This document shows, piece by piece, positions 16,233 to 25,607 of a DNA stretch of 32,000 nucleotides (positions are counted from its first letter, which is position 1; the number at the start of each line of letters is the position of its first letter). Under the pieces are notes generated by a model. The model searched no databases, had not been told where the DNA came from, and saw nothing but the letters and a program-made list of their open reading frames with translations. The stretch comes from Paracoccus suum (GTDB taxonomy: Bacteria > Pseudomonadota > Alphaproteobacteria > Rhodobacterales > Rhodobacteraceae). The position numbers and the translations under genes are program-made. The stretch is from positions 2,700,001 through 2,732,000 of the forward strand of contig NZ_CP030918.1 in NCBI RefSeq assembly GCF_003324675.1. Reading direction: 5' to 3'.

Positions 16233-18466
16233 CCCCCGATCCAAAGGACGAACTCGCCCGCCTCGCGGCTGCCCTGCGTGCGGCGCCTCAACCAGATGAG
16301 CGTGCGAAACGGGACGCGGTGGCGCGGTCGATGGAAGTTTTCGACCAGCTTCCCAAGGAAAGCGAAGAGCAGATGCGTCCCAGTCAGGACCGCCCCCAAA
16401 AGCAGGCGGGATTTCTGACAGGAGTACGTCAAATGTTGTCTCATCTGACTGGAAAGCAGGCCCTCGCGTTCACGACTTCGGCTGCTGCGCTCTGCCTCGC
16501 GATAGTCATCAACCCACTGCAGCAGCGGGTCGGGCATGCGCCTGTAGGCGACCAAGCGTCACGTTCCGGAGAAGCCGCGACAAGCGCAACCCCGAAGGGC
16601 GCTGAACCCTTGGCGCCCACAGCGGATGTCGCTCCGCTTCCGGCGCCCTCGGCAGCCCCCCGCCCGAGCGCAGTCAAGCCATCAAGCAAGGCACAAGCTA
16701 CACTTTCGAATGACGCCGCGGCGCCAGTCCCCGGGCGGAGTGCCGAGACAACGGCCGAAGTCCCCTCGGGCGGGCTGCAGCAAGTCCAAGAGCCATCGAC
16801 CCCGATCGCGAACGTCGCGCCCCCGCCGGCGCCGTCGGCCGCAGTCGCCCCAGCGGCGAGCAGCATGCCCCACACGGCAGAGGCTGCGCGTTCGAGCGAC
16901 GCGGAAGCTACGGCATCGCAGGGGGGTACCAGCGATGCATCGGCCGAAGCGCCCGCAGGCGATGCCATCTCTTCCTATTCGGAAATCCAGATTGTTCCGA
17001 TCCCCATCGCCCCTGACACAGAAGCCTTTGCCAACGCGGATGACAACCCGGTCAAGGTCACGGCGGAAGAGCCGGTCTCGACCTTCTCGGCCGATGTCGA
17101 CACCGCGTCATACGCGGTTGTCCGCGACAGCATCATGGCGGGGGAGTTGCCGCCTGCTGCTGCGGTGCGCGTCGAAGAAATGGTGAACTACTTCCCGTAC
17201 AATTATCCGGCGCCGGACGCCGAGGACCCTGCACCCTTCAAGGCATCGATCGCGGTGCTGCCGACGCCTTGGAACCCGGGCACGCAGTTGGTCCGGATCG
17301 GGCTTCAGGGCCGAATGCCGGCCATTGCAGATCGCCCCCCGCTTAATCTGGTATTTCTGATCGACACGTCGGGCTCGATGGAGGACTCCGACAAGCTGCC
17401 ACTTCTCAAGCAATCTCTGCGGATGATGCTGGGGCAGCTTCGCCCCGAGGACCAGATCGCCATCGTGGCCTATGCCGGATCGGCGGGCGAGGTCCTGCCG
17501 CCCACCTTCGCCGACAAGCGCAACGAGATCTTGGGCGCGCTCGACCGGTTGGAAGCGGGCGGATCGACCAATGGCGCGGAGGGGCTAGAGCTTGCCTACC
17601 GCACCGCCGAGAGCATGGCGAAGAAGGGTGAGGTCTCGCGCATCCTCCTGGCGACGGATGGCGATTTCAACGTCGGCATCTCCGATCCGGGCGATCTGGA
17701 GGACTATGTCGCCCGCAAGCGCATGGACGGCACCTACCTCTCGGTTCTGGGTTTCGGCCGCGGCAACCTCGACGACGCGACGATGCAGGCCCTGGCGCAG
17801 AAGGGAAATGGGCAGGCGGCCTATATCGACACCCTGCAAGAGGCGCAAAAGGTGCTGGTCGACCAGCTTTCGGGGGCGCTGTTTCCCATCGCCGATGACG
17901 TGAAGCTGCAAGTCGAGTGGAACCCCTCGCGGGTCGCCGAATACCGCCTGATCGGCTATGAGACGCGGGCCCTCAGGCGCGAGGATTTCAACAACGACAA
18001 GGTCGATGCCGGGGAGCTTGGGGCCGGTCATGCCGTCACCGCACTCTACGAGGTAGCGGCGCCGGGCAGTCCCGCGCTGCTGAACGACCCGCTGCGCTAC
18101 GGAACGGACGCTAAGCCTGCCCAGAGCGGCGGCGACGAGCTTGGCTTTCTGCGCATGCGCTACAAGCTACCGGGCCAAAGTGCCTCGAAGCTTCTCGAGA
18201 CCCCGATATTGGCAGATGGGAGGGTGGACGACGACGCCCGGTTCGCCGCAGCGATGGCGGGTTTCGGCCAGCTGCTGAAAGGCTCACCCTACATCAGGAA
18301 CTGGAACTGGCACGACGCGATCGCTCTGGCGCAGTCCGCGAAGGGCGCGGATCCTTTCGGCTATCGCAACGAGGCGATCTCGCTCATGCGGCTGGCGGAA
18401 ACGCTGCAGGCAGCGGGCAACTCCGGGGCCGTGGGCGGGGTCGGCTCCCCCGAGGAGCGGAAGTAG
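16229..18466 (+). CDS. YfbK-type von Willebrand factor A domain membrane protein; candidate anti-sigma partner
   Basis: 745 aa. ATGA overlap with the sigma gene. One predicted TM segment (ALAFTTSAAALCLAIVINPL) and an Ala/Pro/Ser-rich linker. YfbK N-domain motifs STFSADVDTASYAVVR and VEEMVNYFPYNYP. VWA MIDAS LVFLIDTSGSM. Confidence 0.85.
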   Translation: MTPDPKDELARLAAALRAAPQPDERAKRDAVARSMEVFDQLPKESEEQMRPSQDRPQKQAGFLTGVRQMLSHLTGKQALAFTTSAAALCLAIVINPLQQRVGHAPVGDQASRSGEAATSATPKGAEPLAPTADVAPLPAPSAAPRPSAVKPSSKAQATLSNDAAAPVPGRSAETTAEVPSGGLQQVQEPSTPIANVAPPPAPSAAVAPAASSMPHTAEAARSSDAEATASQGGTSDASAEAPAGDAISSYSEIQIVPIPIAPDTEAFANADDNPVKVTAEEPVSTFSADVDTASYAVVRDSIMAGELPPAAAVRVEEMVNYFPYNYPAPDAEDPAPFKASIAVLPTPWNPGTQLVRIGLQGRMPAIADRPPLNLVFLIDTSGSMEDSDKLPLLKQSLRMMLGQLRPEDQIAIVAYAGSAGEVLPPTFADKRNEILGALDRLEAGGSTNGAEGLELAYRTAESMAKKGEVSRILLATDGDFNVGISDPGDLEDYVARKRMDGTYLSVLGFGRGNLDDATMQALAQKGNGQAAYIDTLQEAQKVLVDQLSGALFPIADDVKLQVEWNPSRVAEYRLIGYETRALRREDFNNDKVDAGELGAGHAVTALYEVAAPGSPALLNDPLRYGTDAKPAQSGGDELGFLRMRYKLPGQSASKLLETPILADGRVDDDARFAAAMAGFGQLLKGSPYIRNWNWHDAIALAQSAKGADPFGYRNEAISLMRLAETLQAAGNSGAVGGVGSPEERK

Positions 18467-19011
18467 GGGGCCGCACTGCGACCTCGGAGGCTTGGGCGAA
18501 TTTGTCGCCGGACTGTCGTGTTCGCGACATGGAGCGCATCATTACCGCGCCGGTGGGCCACGACCAGGCCGGAGACCGCGTGTCCAGCCGCATCACTCCG
18601 ACCTCGATTATCGCCCTCGGCGCCCCTGTCGCGCGCTGGCAGAGCCGGTCTTCAGCCGCGTTGCGAGCATCGACAACATGGCCGAGGGCGAGGATCGCGC
18701 CGCGCGACGAGTTCATGGTCGCGACCGAGAGGGGCAACCGGTTGATCTATCCGCCAGCCCGTTAGGCGTTTGCCTCGCTGGCACGACATCGAAGGCCCCA
18801 GCCAAGCCCCATGCGCCGGTTCGGACCGCCGGGAAGGCGGTCCCTCAATCACGTTTTTATCGCGTCAGGCGCAGACTGCTTGTGCATCCATCGGAAATCT
18901 ACCCGATGTTGGCGAAATTATTGTGCGCAGCCCCTTGCTTTCACTGTCAAATGAGCGAGCCTGTCCTCCACGCCGCCGCCGTACCAGACCGGCTGCGCCA
19001 GGAGAGACGAC

Positions 19012-19836
19012 ATGACCCAAGACATTCCCCACGACGTCGAGTGGCAAAACCTGCCCGCCTCGGAAATTCGCAAGATTGCCGCCCGGGACGGATCGCTCGC
19101 CATTCTCCCCATCGGCTCGCTGGAACAGCACGGCCCGCATCTGCCTGTGATCACCGATACGGCGAGCGCCTCGGCCGTGTCGATCGCCGCCGCAAGGCTC
19201 GTGGCGGACGAGGTGCCGGTGGCTGTGCTGCCCGGCCTGTGGCTGGGCATGAGCGAGCATCACCTGCCCTTCGGTGGCACGATCAGCGTCGATTACGCCA
19301 CCATGCACGCGATGCTAGACAGCATTGCCCGTTCGCTGGTTTCGGGCGGGTTCAAGCGTCTGCTGATCGTCAACGGCCATGGCGGCAACATTGACCCGCT
19401 CGCGGTGGCGGTGCGCGAACTGGCGGTGAAGCACAACCTTCCGATGGTCGCCTCGCTACCCTGGCGCATGGCGCCGACCGAGATCGGTCAGATCCTCGAA
19501 ACCGCCCCGGGCGCGGGTCACGCATGCGAGGGCGAATCCTCGGTCATGCTGGCGATCATGCCGACCAAGGTGCGGAGCGAAAATTTCGCCGCCGCCATCA
19601 CCAACAATCCCAATGATCACGCCCTGCCCGGCTCGGCCACGCGGTTCTACTCTTTCTGGGAGCGTCGCCCCGGCACCGGAACCCTAGGTGATCCCCGACC
19701 GGCCACCGCGGAAAAAGGCGAGGCCATTCTGGCCGCACAGGCCAAGGCCCTCGCCGGCCTGATCCGCGATCCCCATGCCTGGAGCGCCGTCGACCAAGTG
19801 TGGGCGCCCGGTCGCGGCCTGGACCATATCGACTGA
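19012..19836 (+). CDS. Creatininase-family amidohydrolase
   Basis: 274 aa. LAILPIGSLEQHGPHLPVITDT and LLIVNGHGGN are family hallmarks. Confidence 0.85.
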   Translation: MTQDIPHDVEWQNLPASEIRKIAARDGSLAILPIGSLEQHGPHLPVITDTASASAVSIAAARLVADEVPVAVLPGLWLGMSEHHLPFGGTISVDYATMHAMLDSIARSLVSGGFKRLLIVNGHGGNIDPLAVAVRELAVKHNLPMVASLPWRMAPTEIGQILETAPGAGHACEGESSVMLAIMPTKVRSENFAAAITNNPNDHALPGSATRFYSFWERRPGTGTLGDPRPATAEKGEAILAAQAKALAGLIRDPHAWSAVDQVWAPGRGLDHID

Positions 19837-19858
19837 TGCATTTTACAGGGAGACAAAC

Positions 19859-21451
19859 ATGAAACGATCCACTCTTGCAGGGCTGACCCTGTCGGCGGCG
19901 CTGGGGCTGACGGCCTTCGGCGCGTCCGCCAAAGACTTCGTTTACTGCTCCGAGGCGACGCCCGAGGGTTTCGACCCGGCGCTCTACTCGGCCAACTCGA
20001 CGTGGGATGCCTCGTTCGAGGCGCTCTATGACGCCCTGACCCGCTTCAAGGCCGGCGGCACCGAGGTCGAGCCTGCGCTCGCAGAAAGCTGGGACGTGTC
20101 CCCCGACGGGCGCGAATACACCTTCCACCTGCGCCCGGGCGTCAAGTTCAACGGCAACGACAAGTTCACGCCGACGCGCGAAATGAACGCCGACGACGTG
20201 ATCTTCAGCTTCACGCGTCAGATTCCGCAGGACGGCCCCTGGAAGGAGTACAGCCAGGCAGGCACCTGGGTGATCTTCGATTCCAACGACATGGCCAAAC
20301 TGATCAAGGAAATCATCAAGGTCGACGATCTGACTGTGAAGTTCGTGCTGAGCGAGGCGAACGCCACGTTCCCGGCCCTGATGGCGCGCAACTTCGGCGC
20401 TATCCTCTCCAAGGAATATGCCGACCAGCTGCTGGCTGATGGGCGGACCGACGATCTGAACCTTGCCCCGGTCGGCACCGGGCCCTTCCGGCTTGTCAAT
20501 TACCAGGCCGACGCGGTGATCCGGTACGCGGCGAACCCCGACTGGTGGGATGGAAAGCCTGCGATCGACAACCTGATCTTTGCCATCACGCCCGATCCGT
20601 CCGTGCGCATGGCACGTCTGAAAGCGGACGAATGCCAGATGGCGCCCTTCCCAGCCCCCGCGGATGTCGCCGGGCTCAAGGCCGACCCCGCGCTCAACGT
20701 CATGGAACAACCCGGCCTGAACGTGGCCTATCTCGCCTTCAACACGCAAAAGGCGCCGTTTGACGATCCGGCGTTGCGAAAGGCATTGATCACGGCCATC
20801 GACCGCAGCGCCCTGATCGAGACGGTCTATGGCGGTATGGGCCAGGTAGCCGAGACACTGGTGCCACCCACGATGTGGGGCTATGCCAGCGATATCAAGC
20901 CGTATCCGTACGATCCCGAGGCCGCGAAAAAGGCCCTGGCTGAGCTGGGACAGAAGGATCTGTCGGTCGAGCTTTGGGCCATCCCGATCAGCCGCAGCTA
21001 CATGCCCAACGGCCGTCGCGCGGCCGAGATGATCCAGTCCGACCTCGCCGCTGTCGGCGTGAAGGCCGAAATCGTCAGCTACGAATGGGGCGAGTACCTG
21101 AAGCGTGTGCGCGAGCGTGACCGCGACGGCATCGCGATGATGGGCGGCAGCGCGGACCTGCCCGACCCGAACAGCCTGATGAACTTCTTCATCGGCTGCG
21201 AGTCGGGGGGCAACGCCGCCTTCTGGTGCAATGAAGAGGTCGAGGGCCTGATGAAGGAGGCCCGCCAGATCTCCGACCAGGGCGAGCGGACCAAGCTCTA
21301 CGTCAAGATCCAGAACATGATCCATGACATCGCCCCGGTCCTGCCGCTGGCAAACGCGACGGTCGTGCTGCCGATGTCGGCCAAGGTCAAGAATTACGCC
21401 ATGGACCCCTTGGGGTCGCACCGGTTCGAAAAGCTCGACCTGGCCGACTGA
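19859..21451 (+). CDS. ABC transporter substrate-binding protein, family 5 (DppA/OppA-like)
   Basis: I prefer ATG 19859 (MKRSTLAGLTLSAALGLTAFGASA signal peptide, GGGAGA RBS) over the track start at 19775. 530 aa, typical family-5 length. Confidence 0.85.
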   Translation: MKRSTLAGLTLSAALGLTAFGASAKDFVYCSEATPEGFDPALYSANSTWDASFEALYDALTRFKAGGTEVEPALAESWDVSPDGREYTFHLRPGVKFNGNDKFTPTREMNADDVIFSFTRQIPQDGPWKEYSQAGTWVIFDSNDMAKLIKEIIKVDDLTVKFVLSEANATFPALMARNFGAILSKEYADQLLADGRTDDLNLAPVGTGPFRLVNYQADAVIRYAANPDWWDGKPAIDNLIFAITPDPSVRMARLKADECQMAPFPAPADVAGLKADPALNVMEQPGLNVAYLAFNTQKAPFDDPALRKALITAIDRSALIETVYGGMGQVAETLVPPTMWGYASDIKPYPYDPEAAKKALAELGQKDLSVELWAIPISRSYMPNGRRAAEMIQSDLAAVGVKAEIVSYEWGEYLKRVRERDRDGIAMMGGSADLPDPNSLMNFFIGCESGGNAAFWCNEEVEGLMKEARQISDQGERTKLYVKIQNMIHDIAPVLPLANATVVLPMSAKVKNYAMDPLGSHRFEKLDLAD

Positions 21452-21473
21452 ACCAGACGCGCCTCGCTGGTTC
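21450..21473 (+). terminator. Stem-loop overlapping the dppA-like stop codon (weak intrinsic-terminator candidate)
   Basis: GAACCAG-acgcgcctcg-CTGGTTC. No U-tract follows. Confidence 0.25.
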
Positions 21474-21858
21474 GGCGGGGCGCGGGTTGGCACTAAGGGC
21501 CACGGATGCAGAGTCCGCGGCCGATGTAAAGCGTGCCCACGACTCGCAGAGGGGGCACGGTTCTATCGCGCTTCAACGACCCGGCCAAAAGGTCGGGTTG
21601 TGCTGATTGACCGGCGGCAAATGGGGCTACCGGGCCACTTGCCAAGCGGGGGTGCCTGTCGCCGGTTCAACTTGCTTGGACAAGGGCAAATCCATCGCCG
21701 CAAAATTGGCGGCGCGCTCTGCCCTGAGCCTGTGGAGCTTTCCCCTGCCCGCACGGTCTTGCAGCGAGTTGGGCAGGTCGTTCGCCGCCAGCTTCCCCAA
21801 GTCGGTGTTCCACTTTATGCTCGGATCAACCCCACTGACGCACGGAGAACCTCGGGCG

Positions 21859-22884
21859 ATGGCGCGTGACATTATACTCGTAGACCCCCTGCCTCGGACG
21901 CTCGATCTGATGATGACACCCGACATGCGTGCACGCCTCGAGGCGTTGGGGGAATTGGTCGTGGCAGAGGATCGGCCGATGCCCGATGATCAGGTGGACG
22001 AGCTCCTTCCGGAGACAGTGCTGATCATCGGACAAACCACGATGCCGCGCACGCGGCTGGAGCGCGCGCGCCGGCTGAAGGCGATCATCAACGTTGAGAC
22101 GAACTTCCTGCCCAATATCGATTACCAGTTTTGCGTCGAGCGCGGCATCTGGGTGATTACCCCGGCTGCGGCGTTTGCCGAACCGGTGGCCGAGGCGGCG
22201 CTGGGCATGGCGCTGGACCTTTCTCGCGGAATCACGGCGGCCGATCGGGCGTTTCGCGCCGGCACCGAAACCTACGGGCTGGAAGGCAACGTCGACACAG
22301 TGCCGTTTACCCGGGCGCCGGTCGGGATCATCGGTTTTGGCGACCTGGGTCGGCACCTGCGCGAACTCATCCGACCGTTCCGCAACACCGTGCGCGTGTT
22401 CGACCCGTGGCTTCCCGACGAGATCATCGCCCGCGCTGACGCGACCCCTGCGACACTCGACGAAGTGCTTGCCCGCAGCCAGTTCACCTTCGTCTTTGCA
22501 AACGTCACCAGCGAGAATGAAGGTTTTATCGGGGCGCGCGAGTTCGCTCTGATGCCCAAGGGTGCCGCGGTCCTGCTGATGAGCCGGGCGGCCGTGGTGA
22601 ATTTTCCCGACATGTTGACGGCTGCCGCGTTCGGCCACATCCGGGTCGCGACCGACGTCTTTCCGGACGAGCCCGTTGCGCCGGACGACCCCGTGCGACA
22701 CGCGCCCGGCGTCCTGCTGTCGGCCCATCGGACCGGGGCGACGCGTGACGCATTCTATCAGCTCGGCGCAATGACGGTCGCGGACGCCGAATTGATCCTG
22801 CGCGGCCTTCCGCCCCAATTATGTCGGCGCGCGGACCCAACGACGGCCGCTCGGCTGCGATCCAAGCCCGTCAACATCAGCTGA
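21859..22884 (+). CDS. D-isomer-specific 2-hydroxyacid dehydrogenase family, NAD(P)-binding
   Basis: I prefer ATG 21859 (MARDIILVDP.., GGAGAA upstream). The track ORF starts at 21607 with an implausible extension. Contains GIIGFGDLGRHL (GxGxxG) and the SAHRTGAT catalytic-His region. Confidence 0.8.
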   Translation: MARDIILVDPLPRTLDLMMTPDMRARLEALGELVVAEDRPMPDDQVDELLPETVLIIGQTTMPRTRLERARRLKAIINVETNFLPNIDYQFCVERGIWVITPAAAFAEPVAEAALGMALDLSRGITAADRAFRAGTETYGLEGNVDTVPFTRAPVGIIGFGDLGRHLRELIRPFRNTVRVFDPWLPDEIIARADATPATLDEVLARSQFTFVFANVTSENEGFIGAREFALMPKGAAVLLMSRAAVVNFPDMLTAAAFGHIRVATDVFPDEPVAPDDPVRHAPGVLLSAHRTGATRDAFYQLGAMTVADAELILRGLPPQLCRRADPTTAARLRSKPVNIS

Positions 22885-23779
22885 CATCATCCCCCAAGGC
22901 AGCGCTGACCGGGCGCGAGACATGGGCGGCGGCCGCGCGGTTGGCGGCATCGAGCGCGTTGGAAAAGGCAGTTCCGCGCGCCAACGCCGCGACCAGTGCG
23001 CCAACGAATGTGTCCCCCGCGCCGTGCGTGCTGACCAGAGGCACAGGCAGCGCCGGCAGCGTGGTCGGAGCGGAGCCGCGTTCCACCCCAGCAACCCCCT
23101 GTTCACCGGCGGTCACTACGACGCGGGGGAACCGCCTGGCCAGCCTCTGCGCCGCGGCGGCTGCGTCATGCAGTGTCTCGACCGCGCCCCCTCCCCCCTG
23201 CTCAGCCTCGATCGCGTTGACGATCAGCAGATCGACCAGCGGCGCCATCGCCTCCGACATCGGCCGAAAGGGCGCTGCGTTGAGGACCACGAACGCGCCG
23301 CGGGAACGCGCCGTGCGCGCGGCGGCGACATTCGCGTCCTCGGGGATCTCGTTCTGAAGGATCAGCGCGACCGCGCCCTGCCAGAGCGCGGCGTCGGCGA
23401 GCGACGCCGGATCAGGGTGCAGGTTGGCGCCCGACACGATCACGGCGCCATAGTCCCCGTCGCTGTCGGCAACCGCGACGCTCATCCCCGAGCCCTGGTC
23501 CGGGTGCACCGTCACCCACCCGCCATCGACCTTCGCCGCGGCCAAGCACCCCTTGAGGAAGCGGCCGAAGTCGTCGTCACCCACGGCGCCCCACATCCGC
23601 ACGGTCGCGCCCGCAGCCGCGGCCGCCACCGCCTGGTTGCCGCCCTTACCGCCGAATTTTGGTCGCCACGCAAGGCCCGCAACCGTCTCGCCCTTCCGCG
23701 GGCGATCAGGAGCATCGACCATGATGTCGTAGTGGAGGCTGCCGGCGACGACGACCACCGGCGCGGTGAGACAATTCAT
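22877..23779 (-). CDS. PfkB-family carbohydrate kinase (ribokinase-like)
   Basis: 300 aa. Contains FGGKGGNQAVAAA and STHGAGDTFVGALVAAL. ATGA overlap with the upstream RpiR gene. Confidence 0.85.
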   Translation of the reverse strand: MNCLTAPVVVVAGSLHYDIMVDAPDRPRKGETVAGLAWRPKFGGKGGNQAVAAAAAGATVRMWGAVGDDDFGRFLKGCLAAAKVDGGWVTVHPDQGSGMSVAVADSDGDYGAVIVSGANLHPDPASLADAALWQGAVALILQNEIPEDANVAAARTARSRGAFVVLNAAPFRPMSEAMAPLVDLLIVNAIEAEQGGGGAVETLHDAAAAAQRLARRFPRVVVTAGEQGVAGVERGSAPTTLPALPVPLVSTHGAGDTFVGALVAALARGTAFSNALDAANRAAAAHVSRPVSAALGDDVS

Positions 23780-24645
23780 TTCACCTGCCTCCGGGCCGAG
23801 ACGGCGCCCATCGTTGCGTTGAGGTTTCGCTCAGCCTGCGGCAGGTCCCGCTGAGCGATGGCGGCAAAGAGCGCGTCGCAGATCACCAGTTGCGCGATCC
23901 GCGCGGCGGCATTCTCGCCCAGTAGTGGTGAGCCCTGCGCAGTCGAGCACAGGACGACGTCAGCGGCCTCTGCCAGCGGCGAGCCGGCGTAGTTGGTGAT
24001 GACAATGGTCCGCACACCGCGCCGGCGCGCCAGTTGCAGTGGCTCGATCACCGCCGTGGTGGTGCCCGAGTGCGAGAAAGCGATTGCCACATCGCCGTCC
24101 CCCAGCAACGCGGCCGACATCAGCATCATGTGGGCATCGTCGAATACCGAGGCCCGGACCCCGATTCGCAACAGCTTATGCGCCACGTCGCGCGCGATCT
24201 GGGCCGACCCGCCGATGCCGTACAGGTCCCGCTGCCGTGCGCCATGGATCAGGCCGACAGCACGATCGAAAGCCTCCATGTCAAGAATTGCCAGCGTTTC
24301 CTGCACCGCCTGGATTGACGTGTCGAAAACCTTGCGCGTGATTTCGGACGAGGTGTCCTCGGGCGCCAGTTCGCGGTGAAGGTCACTGCCGGGCAGCGCG
24401 TTGTAAAGGACGAGCGCGGTTCGAAACTCGCGAAACCCGTTGAAGCCCAGCTTCTTCGCGACCTTGACAACCATCGGCTCGGAGACGCCCGCGGCCTGGG
24501 CGAGGTCACGCAGCGCAGTGCCTTCGCTAAAGCCGGGCTGCCCCAGGGCCGTTTCGACCACGCTCGTCTCAAGGGGCGTCAGCGTCGGCAGCAGCATCCG
24601 GATGTGGGGGCCGATGCTCTGCGGCCGGTCCAGGGGGCGCTTCAT
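23776..24645 (-). CDS. MurR/RpiR-family transcriptional regulator (HTH plus SIS domain)
   Basis: I prefer ATG 24645 (MKRPLDRPQ..), which forms ATGA with the permease stop. The track extends to 24861. SIS motif VAIAFSHSGTT. Confidence 0.85.
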   Translation of the reverse strand: MKRPLDRPQSIGPHIRMLLPTLTPLETSVVETALGQPGFSEGTALRDLAQAAGVSEPMVVKVAKKLGFNGFREFRTALVLYNALPGSDLHRELAPEDTSSEITRKVFDTSIQAVQETLAILDMEAFDRAVGLIHGARQRDLYGIGGSAQIARDVAHKLLRIGVRASVFDDAHMMLMSAALLGDGDVAIAFSHSGTTTAVIEPLQLARRRGVRTIVITNYAGSPLAEAADVVLCSTAQGSPLLGENAAARIAQLVICDALFAAIAQRDLPQAERNLNATMGAVSARRQVK

Positions 24646-25607
24646 TCCCGCCCCCGCGTGGCGCGGTCGATCAGCATGGCAACCAGGATGATGATTCCGG
24701 TGGCTAGCAGTTGATAGAACGCCTGCACGTTCAGCAGCGTCAGCCCGTTCCGCAGCGATCCGAGGATCACGGCACCAATCAATGTGCCGACCACGGAACC
24801 CTTGCCCCCCATCAACGAGGCCCCGCCGATGGCCGCCGCCGCGATTGCGTCGAGCTCCCACAGGTTGCCGAGAGTCGGATCGGCAGCGCCCAGACGCCCG
24901 ACAAGGATCAGCCCCGCCGTCGCTGCAAGGGCGCCAGAGAAAACATACGCCGCGATCTTGACGCGCCGGACCGGGACGCCAGCGATATGGGACGCCTCCT
25001 CGTTCCCGCCCACGGCGAGGAAATATTCACCGAGCGGGGTCTTGTTCAGCACAATCCAGATGGCCAGCGACAGGACCGCCACGATGTTGACCGGGTTGGG
25101 AATGCCGCCGACCGAGCCGGTGAACAGGGCCCGAAACTCGGGTGGAATACCGAAGATTGGATTCCCGCCCGTGTAGATGAGGGCAATCGCCCGGTAGAGC
25201 GACAGTGTGCCAAGGGTGACGATGAACGGCTGCAGTCCGCCAAAGGCGACAAGAGCCCCGTTGAACGCCCCGGCCGCCGCCCCGATCAGGAGCGCCGCCA
25301 AGACCGCGAGGGGGATTGGTACCCCCGCGGCCATCAGGGTCGCCGCCGCCACGGCGGCAATCGCGGCAGTCGGACCAACAGACAGGTCGATGCCGCCGCT
25401 GATGATGACCAAGGTCATTCCCAGCGCGACGCAGGCGTTGATCGCCGACTGCTGCAGGATGTTCAGCATGTTGGCGCTTGTTAGGAAGGTCGGCGTCAGG
25501 CTTGAGAAGACCACGACGATCACCAGCAGCCCGAACAGGGTGCCGGCGTCGCGCAGTCCGGCCGTCAGCCGCAGGCGGGAGGCCGACTTGGCTTCAACGG
25601 TTTGCAT
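24642..25607 (-). CDS. Sugar ABC transporter permease (RbsC-like)
   Basis: 321 aa, highly hydrophobic, with multiple TM segments. Overlaps the ATPase gene by 14 nt. Confidence 0.85.
   Translation of the reverse strand: MQTVEAKSASRLRLTAGLRDAGTLFGLLVIVVVFSSLTPTFLTSANMLNILQQSAINACVALGMTLVIISGGIDLSVGPTAAIAAVAAATLMAAGVPIPLAVLAALLIGAAAGAFNGALVAFGGLQPFIVTLGTLSLYRAIALIYTGGNPIFGIPPEFRALFTGSVGGIPNPVNIVAVLSLAIWIVLNKTPLGEYFLAVGGNEEASHIAGVPVRRVKIAAYVFSGALAATAGLILVGRLGAADPTLGNLWELDAIAAAAIGGASLMGGKGSVVGTLIGAVILGSLRNGLTLLNVQAFYQLLATGIIILVAMLIDRATRGRE

Noticed and set aside
19598-21493. 631-aa minus-strand ORF, the longest ORF in this part of the track
   Set aside because: It lies fully antisense to the well-supported family-5 binding-protein gene. 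It is Arg/Gly/His/Pro-rich with no recognisable motifs. This is the classic shadow ORF of high-GC DNA.
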